Origin: a virus
Reading direction: 5' to 3' (one strand)
DNA length: 64,000 bases
IMG/VR virus record: IMGVR_UViG_3300033072_000750
Part shown: positions 58,935 through 64,000 of the stretch, one piece after another
Layout: each line of letters begins with the position of its first letter
Position numbering within the stretch: position 1 is the first letter of the stretch
Notes under the pieces: generated by a model
Told to the model about the DNA's origin: nothing
Database searches by the model: none
What the model saw: the letters and a program-made list of their open reading frames with translations, nothing else
Translations under genes and position numbers: made by a program

Positions 58935-59225
58935 AATGTTTTCCTCATATCAAATATACCACTATAGAAGTTTTTGTAACTATTTAGCGACATAGTGTTT
59001 GAGTACTTAGCAATAAAAAATGTCTACATTGACGCTATCACCTATTTCACTAAAATGTAGTACACCGCAATTTAGCAAACGATAAAAGCAAGAATTAGCA
59101 AACTTATGAGATTTCTTCCTCCGATTGTTTTATGGTAGATTCAGGAAAGTCTGAATTTATGAAATTAATCTTATTCTGTTTAGTAGCGTGGTATAATTGT
59201 TGTGTTAAAACGTTTAATCACCGAC

Positions 59226-59384
59226 ATGCCCTATAAGTCAGTTGCCCAGCGTTCCTACTTTTACGCTAATCGAAAGAAACTCGAAAAGCAAGGTGTGGAT
59301 TTATCGGAATGGGATAAGGCTTCTAAGGGGCTAAAACTTCCTAAAAAGGTAGGGAAATCAAAAAATGGCAAAAGCAAAAAGTAA
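59226..59384 (+). CDS. small basic phage protein (MPYKSxAQR type)
   Basis: MPYKSVAQRSYFYAN...EWDKASKGLKLPKK; start moved to ATG 59226. Confidence 0.7.
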   Translation: MPYKSVAQRSYFYANRKKLEKQGVDLSEWDKASKGLKLPKKVGKSKNGKSKK

Positions 59385-59541
59385 AAAAATGACACCATCC
59401 GAATGGGAAAGCTCCCCTTTGGATATCAAGCTAGATAAAGCCCAGGCAAAGAAAGGGGTCAAAGAAGGCTCTAAGAAGGATCTAGCAGTAGATAAAAAAT
59501 ACATAAAGAAACCAACAAAAGGAGTAAAAAAGAAGAAATAA
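59365..59541 (+). CDS. 58-aa lysine-rich peptide
   Basis: manually translated MAKAKSKKMTPSEWESS...GVKKKK; overlaps both neighbours. Confidence 0.6.
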   Translation: MAKAKSKKMTPSEWESSPLDIKLDKAQAKKGVKEGSKKDLAVDKKYIKKPTKGVKKKK

Positions 59542-59849
59542 TGAAAATTAAGTTTATAGCAGTTTTGTTTGTATTACTAGCACAAGGTATTCTTGCGAAT
59601 GCTTTGACTGATTTAGAAAAGCAAACATACAACAGAGTACAAGAACAACAAGCAGCAAAAGAAGCTAAAGCAGAACAAAAGAACCTTGAAAGAATCCAAA
59701 AGATTCGTGAAAGATGTAATGCTCCAAAGCCAGACAAGTGTGCACCAAAAGATCCATGTGATCCTAATAACACTTTAAAAGCTAAAGTTAAAAAGCTCAA
59801 ACCACAAAAACCATTTTTCTTAGTGAAAAAGTGTTGCGACAAAGTTTAA
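59541..59849 (+). CDS. secreted basic Cys-containing protein
   Basis: signal peptide ending ANA; five Cys. Confidence 0.65.
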   Translation: MKIKFIAVLFVLLAQGILANALTDLEKQTYNRVQEQQAAKEAKAEQKNLERIQKIRERCNAPKPDKCAPKDPCDPNNTLKAKVKKLKPQKPFFLVKKCCDKV

Positions 59850-59924
59850 TTGTGGTAAAATGAAATAGAAGAGACTGCAAATCTTTGTTTTTTTATATCA
59901 TAGAAAAGTTTAACTAATTCATTC

Positions 59925-59957
59925 AAATTCCACGCACTTGGTGGAATTTTTTATTTT
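59925..59957 (+). terminator. intrinsic terminator
   Basis: AAATTCCAC-GCACTTG-GTGGAATTT plus T-run. Confidence 0.7.
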
Positions 59958-59994
59958 GTGGTGTTATCTTGTCCCTAATTGTGGTAAAATTAAA

Positions 59995-60203
59995 GTAGCT
60001 AGAAGTGGCGGAATAGGTAGACGCATTGGAGTCCAACATACCAAGACCGAGCACTACTGGACGAGCCTAATGGTTAAAGATGCGACAAGAAAGCCTATTA
60101 ACTCAATGGTAAACAATCCGTTAGATGGCATAAAACAGTAAACGTATGTAATATAAAATGGCGTGCATCGTTGTAAGGTGTAAATCCTTACCTTCTAGCT
60201 ACA
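59995..60203 (+). ncRNA. tRNA-scaffold-like RNA 3 (~208 nt)
   Basis: GTAGCTAGAAG/CTTCTAGCTAC 11-bp stem, Leu-type D arm TGGCGGAATAGGTAGACGC, T-like arm GTAAGG-TGTAAAT-CCTTAC, promoter TGTGGTAAAAT at 59980-59990. Confidence 0.8.
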
Positions 60204-60204
60204 T

Positions 60205-60279
60205 GGTGAACGTAGCTCAACTGGATAGAGCCTCAGTTTGTGGAACTGATTAATGCGGGTTCAACTCCCGTCGTTCACA
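60205..60279 (+). tRNA. tRNA-His (GTG), CCA not encoded
   Basis: GTGAACG/CGTTCAC acceptor, GCTC/GAGC D stem, TCAGT-TTGTGGA-ACTGA anticodon arm, GCGGG-TTCAACT-CCCGT T arm. Confidence 0.93.
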
Positions 60280-60330
60280 AATTGATACCCATTTATAATT
60301 AAACTAGAGTTTAACGACAAAGGTTTAATA

Positions 60331-62865
60331 ATGAATTTAAGTGGGCAACCCGATTATATAAGTAGTGATGGCGTAACATTGCCATTTGGTATTCCTGGAA
60401 TATATGCTTTAAATGACTCCATATCAGGTACGCAGTATGTAATTAGTGGTACAAATATTGATGTAACAAGTACCGATGGAACAATAGTAGTTTCAGCTAA
60501 CATCCCTGGTGGTGTTGGTATAGGATATTTAAATAACGACTCTTCTGGTACACAGTATATTGCTGGTACAAATTCGATAGGAGTTAATACATTTGGTGGT
60601 ACGACATTTATAAACGCCCAACCAATATTAGATCAAATAGGCACTAAGTCTGATATAACCTTTGTAGGTTCAAGCCTAAGTACTAAAGCCGATATTACAC
60701 TACTTGGTGCTTTATTGGGCACTAAGGCGGACTTAAGTTTCGTTGGTTCTAGTTTGGGCACAAAAGCTGATACTGTTTACGTAAACTCGTCTTTAGGAAC
60801 AAAAGTAGAAGTAACAACATTTTTAGCTGATTTGGGCACAAAAGCTGACATAAGCTACGTAAATGCATTAATAGGTACAACTACTGCTGGTTCCGCAATA
60901 AAAGCAATAAACAACCAATCGCAAGGCACTCAGTTTATAGTTGGAAGTAGTTTGGATGTTCAAAGCGTAGGTGGAGTTCATACTATTTCTTTGGGTTCTA
61001 GTGGAATAACAGCAGGAACTTATGGGGATGTAACAAACGTAGGACAAATAGTAGTAGATAAGTTTGGAAGAATAGTTTTTGCTAAGAATGTATCAATAGC
61101 TGGTGGTTCTGGTGGTGGTACTGGAATCATTTCTTTGAACAGTTTAACAACTCTTTCTCAAAATTTTCTTGCAACTAATATAGATATAGCTTCAATTGGT
61201 AGTAATCACACATTTTCTATCTATCCAATAGCAGGTAGTAACGTAAATATCTCTTCAACAAATGGAACTCATGTAATTTCTGCAACAGATCAAATAAAAT
61301 ACATTAATGATATAAGTGCTGGTACTTTATACATAACAGCAGGAAGTAATACTAGTATAGGGGCAGCACCTGGAACAATAGTAGTTTCAGCGGTAGACCA
61401 ATTAAAATCCTTTAATGGAGACACAACCCCAGCCCAGTTTCTAGTAGGAGCAAATAATATCGTTATTAATTCAACATCTGGTACTTCAACAGTAGATGCT
61501 CAATTAATAGGTTCTTCTTTGGGGACGAAAGCTGATACTGTTTCACTCGGAACAAAACTAGATAGCATTTTAGGTACTGCGTGGTTAGGTACTAAAGTAG
61601 ATTTCGCTAATTTAGGAACAATTGCTACTTTAAGCAATCTTGGCACAACAGTAACAACAATTAATACGCAAGGTCAACAAGCACAATTTATACTTGGAAG
61701 TAATCTTGATATTCAGAGTATTACTGGTACGCATACTATTTCGCTAGGTAGCAGTGGTGCAATAGCTGGTACTTATGGAGCTAGTGGAAATAATGTATAT
61801 CCTATTATTGGAGTTGATACATTTGGAAGAATTACGACAGTAACACAAGGCACTGCAACTGGTGGTGGGGGAACGTCTGTAAGTGGAACAGGTTTCCCTC
61901 AAGGATATATGGATATGGGTAGCGTGGCTATAGCGAACGGTACAGCGATTGTTGTCGATCATTGTTTTTGCAAAGATAGGAGCAATTTATTGGATATTAC
62001 TATCCCAACGTCTGGTACCATTGTGTTAAATAGTGGCACAAGTGAAAATGGTGTATTGCAATATAAACCTACCCCTAATATCTACATTACATGGGTGGCG
62101 CCCACAAAAGTAGTGTATACTTCTGGTGGAACCTCGCTGTCTCCTTACTGGCAGGCGGAAGATGTTTTACACGGAGTAGCTGGTGAATCCATGAAGATTG
62201 TCGCCCTGAGTTCTTCTACTTCTGCTTTAATTGAAACAATAAACACCTCGTCTGGCGGTACGCTAAGTAACAATGGAACATGGGGTGGTGGTAAGTACAA
62301 TGTTTCGCCAAATACGTTTTATTATTTATATGCCTACACAACTGGAACTGGTAATAATGGCTATTTCTTAACAACAAGGAGTATTGTTAGTGGTGATACT
62401 GTGCCTACAAGTGGCTTACCAGCTAGTCTTGATAATATAAGGCAGCTTCCTTATGCTTTGCTATCTGATAAAGCGGGGAAACTTATAAAGGGCGTACATT
62501 CTCCCGAAACTAATACAGTGGTGTATGACACATTATCGGATATTATTAATGGAACTGGTGATAACATTATTTCTACGAGCAATTCCTCTACATCTTTTGG
62601 AACGTTAGTTGGGACTATGGGTTTCCCGAAAAACTCAAGCCTTGGATTAATTGGAATTAGGCACGTTGGAGCTGGTTATGTTTATAACAGGCTAGCTAGT
62701 AGCTCTTATGGAACCGTTGGTAACATTGTAGTCGGCGGAGGTGGAGATACGCTAGTAACCAAGATTCCAACGCCGTTAAACCCAGGAAGAAGTGTTTGTT
62801 TTAGGACAAACTCTGGTAGTTTTGATGTTTGGGCTAATGGCTTTGTTATCACGGACTTGGATTGA
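60331..62865 (+). CDS. tail fibre protein
   Basis: LGTKAD repeats, two AGTYG...VD.FGRI motifs, G/S/T-rich, C-terminal FYYLYA domain. Confidence 0.8.
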   Translation: MNLSGQPDYISSDGVTLPFGIPGIYALNDSISGTQYVISGTNIDVTSTDGTIVVSANIPGGVGIGYLNNDSSGTQYIAGTNSIGVNTFGGTTFINAQPILDQIGTKSDITFVGSSLSTKADITLLGALLGTKADLSFVGSSLGTKADTVYVNSSLGTKVEVTTFLADLGTKADISYVNALIGTTTAGSAIKAINNQSQGTQFIVGSSLDVQSVGGVHTISLGSSGITAGTYGDVTNVGQIVVDKFGRIVFAKNVSIAGGSGGGTGIISLNSLTTLSQNFLATNIDIASIGSNHTFSIYPIAGSNVNISSTNGTHVISATDQIKYINDISAGTLYITAGSNTSIGAAPGTIVVSAVDQLKSFNGDTTPAQFLVGANNIVINSTSGTSTVDAQLIGSSLGTKADTVSLGTKLDSILGTAWLGTKVDFANLGTIATLSNLGTTVTTINTQGQQAQFILGSNLDIQSITGTHTISLGSSGAIAGTYGASGNNVYPIIGVDTFGRITTVTQGTATGGGGTSVSGTGFPQGYMDMGSVAIANGTAIVVDHCFCKDRSNLLDITIPTSGTIVLNSGTSENGVLQYKPTPNIYITWVAPTKVVYTSGGTSLSPYWQAEDVLHGVAGESMKIVALSSSTSALIETINTSSGGTLSNNGTWGGGKYNVSPNTFYYLYAYTTGTGNNGYFLTTRSIVSGDTVPTSGLPASLDNIRQLPYALLSDKAGKLIKGVHSPETNTVVYDTLSDIINGTGDNIISTSNSSTSFGTLVGTMGFPKNSSLGLIGIRHVGAGYVYNRLASSSYGTVGNIVVGGGGDTLVTKIPTPLNPGRSVCFRTNSGSFDVWANGFVITDLD

Positions 62866-62903
62866 TACCCAGCTATAATTTGGTTGATGTTTTTAAATAA
62901 ATA

Positions 62904-64000
62904 ATGAGTACACATAATACAAACGTATATTCAAACGCAGGCGGTAATGATGCGGCAAGTAGTGGTATACAATCAATAAACGGCGGCACGGATGCAGCAC
63001 AATTTTTTACAGTTAGTACTAATGCGAGTCCCGTAGCCTGGACGGATAGCGGTGGAACGCACAATATTAACATACCCCCTTCTGCACTTGGTACTGCTTT
63101 GCAGTCTATTAATGGTAATACTACTCCAGATCAATATATCATAGCTGGTAGTAATACTGTGGTAAATTCTTCTGGTGGTACGATAACTATTTCATCACTC
63201 GGCGGAACAGCGATAGAATATATCAATGATAATTCGAACGGTACTCAGTATATCGTAGCTGGCTCTAATATTCTGGTTAATTCAGTCAACGGTACTACAA
63301 CAATTACAGGATCTGCTAGTGGGATTTTAAGCTTAAATGATTTAACAGCTTCAACCCAGACTTTTACGGGAACTGGTGTAACTATTACTAGCTCGGGAAC
63401 TAATCATGACTTTTTTGTTCCCAACTATATTCAATACATAAATGACAATTCAAACGGAACGCAATACATAGTTGCTGGTTCAGATATTAATGTTAATTCA
63501 ATTAACGGAACAACTACCATAGCTGGTTCTGGTTCAATAAAGTATATAAATGATGATTCTAATGGAACGCAATACATAATCGGTGGTTCTAATATCCATG
63601 TGGCTTCAACTAGTGGCACGACAATAGTTTTCGGTTCATCTGCTATTCAGTATATCAATGATAATAGTAATGGAACCCAATACATAGTTGCTGGTTCTAA
63701 TATTGCAATTGAGTCCTTAAATGGAACAACAACTGTAGCTGGTTCAGATGCAATTAAATACATTAACGACAATAGTAATGGCACTCAGTACATAATAGGC
63801 GGCTCAAACATTCACGTAGCATCTACTTCTGGTACTACTATAGTATTTGGGTCTGCTGCAATCCAATACATAAATGATAATTCGAATGGTACTCAGTATA
63901 TCGTAGGAGGAAGCAATATACACGTAACCTCTACTGCTGGTACAACTTTTGTGGTTGGTTCTAATCCAGGCATTCAGTACATTAATGATTTTAGTACTGG
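62904..64000 (+). CDS. repeat-rich tail fibre protein, truncated by the window end
   Basis: ATG at 62904; IxYINDNSNGTQYIxxGSxIxxxSxxGTT repeats; absent from the ORF track because there is no stop in the window. Confidence 0.8.
   Translation, partial: MSTHNTNVYSNAGGNDAASSGIQSINGGTDAAQFFTVSTNASPVAWTDSGGTHNINIPPSALGTALQSINGNTTPDQYIIAGSNTVVNSSGGTITISSLGGTAIEYINDNSNGTQYIVAGSNILVNSVNGTTTITGSASGILSLNDLTASTQTFTGTGVTITSSGTNHDFFVPNYIQYINDNSNGTQYIVAGSDINVNSINGTTTIAGSGSIKYINDDSNGTQYIIGGSNIHVASTSGTTIVFGSSAIQYINDNSNGTQYIVAGSNIAIESLNGTTTVAGSDAIKYINDNSNGTQYIIGGSNIHVASTSGTTIVFGSAAIQYINDNSNGTQYIVGGSNIHVTSTAGTTFVVGSNPGIQYINDFST
63212..64000 (+). repeat. ~108-nt (36-37 aa) tandem coding repeats, at least 6 copies
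   Basis: recurrent TAYATHAAYGAY..AAYGGNACNCARTAYAT units. Confidence 0.85.

Noticed and set aside
58965..59180. TTAGCAA repeats and a hairpin between divergent promoters
   Set aside because: Short, irregularly spaced AT-rich repeats; cannot support an operator or ncRNA call
59938..60141. 67-aa ORF
   Set aside because: Overlaps a terminator, a promoter and tRNA-like RNA 3
59995..60203. tRNA-Leu with a group I intron, or tRNA-Sec
   Set aside because: Insert shorter than typical group I introns, no recognisable P7 core or split anticodon loop; no UCA anticodon. Not formally excluded without cmscan
1..64000. Alternative genetic code or host assignment
   Set aside because: Standard code gives dense full-length genes with all three stop codons used; sequence clues are too weak to name a host

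Overview
AT-rich, gene-dense segment of a tailed dsDNA phage with podovirus-like organisation; no integrase, DNA polymerase or rRNA is seen in the window. Left part (1-22 kb): thyX, a DUF6745-type protein with a 12-bp VNTR, terminase genes (large subunit interrupted by an Ala-start intein), galE, a replication initiator/loader/HNH cassette, many small accessory genes, a GT11 fucosyltransferase, a stand-alone TyrRS-type S4 domain, a sigma-like factor, a Panacea antitoxin and YopX. Right part (22.7-64 kb): portal, scaffold, major capsid, lytic-transglycosylase and low-complexity ejection proteins, adaptor, nozzle and tail fibres, interrupted by antisense cassettes (GT2, Ro60/TROVE + FkbM, KilA-N). 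The most striking content is a non-coding RNA repertoire: two normal tRNAs (Tyr, His); three dispersed ~205-nt promoter-led RNAs that keep a tRNA acceptor stem, D arm and T arm but replace the anticodon/variable region with ~150 nt of different structured sequence; two tandem Y-RNA-like hairpins just upstream of the Ro60 gene; and a promoter-led U-rich stem-loop RNA just downstream of it. All calls come from reading the sequence by eye; no database search or folding program was run.
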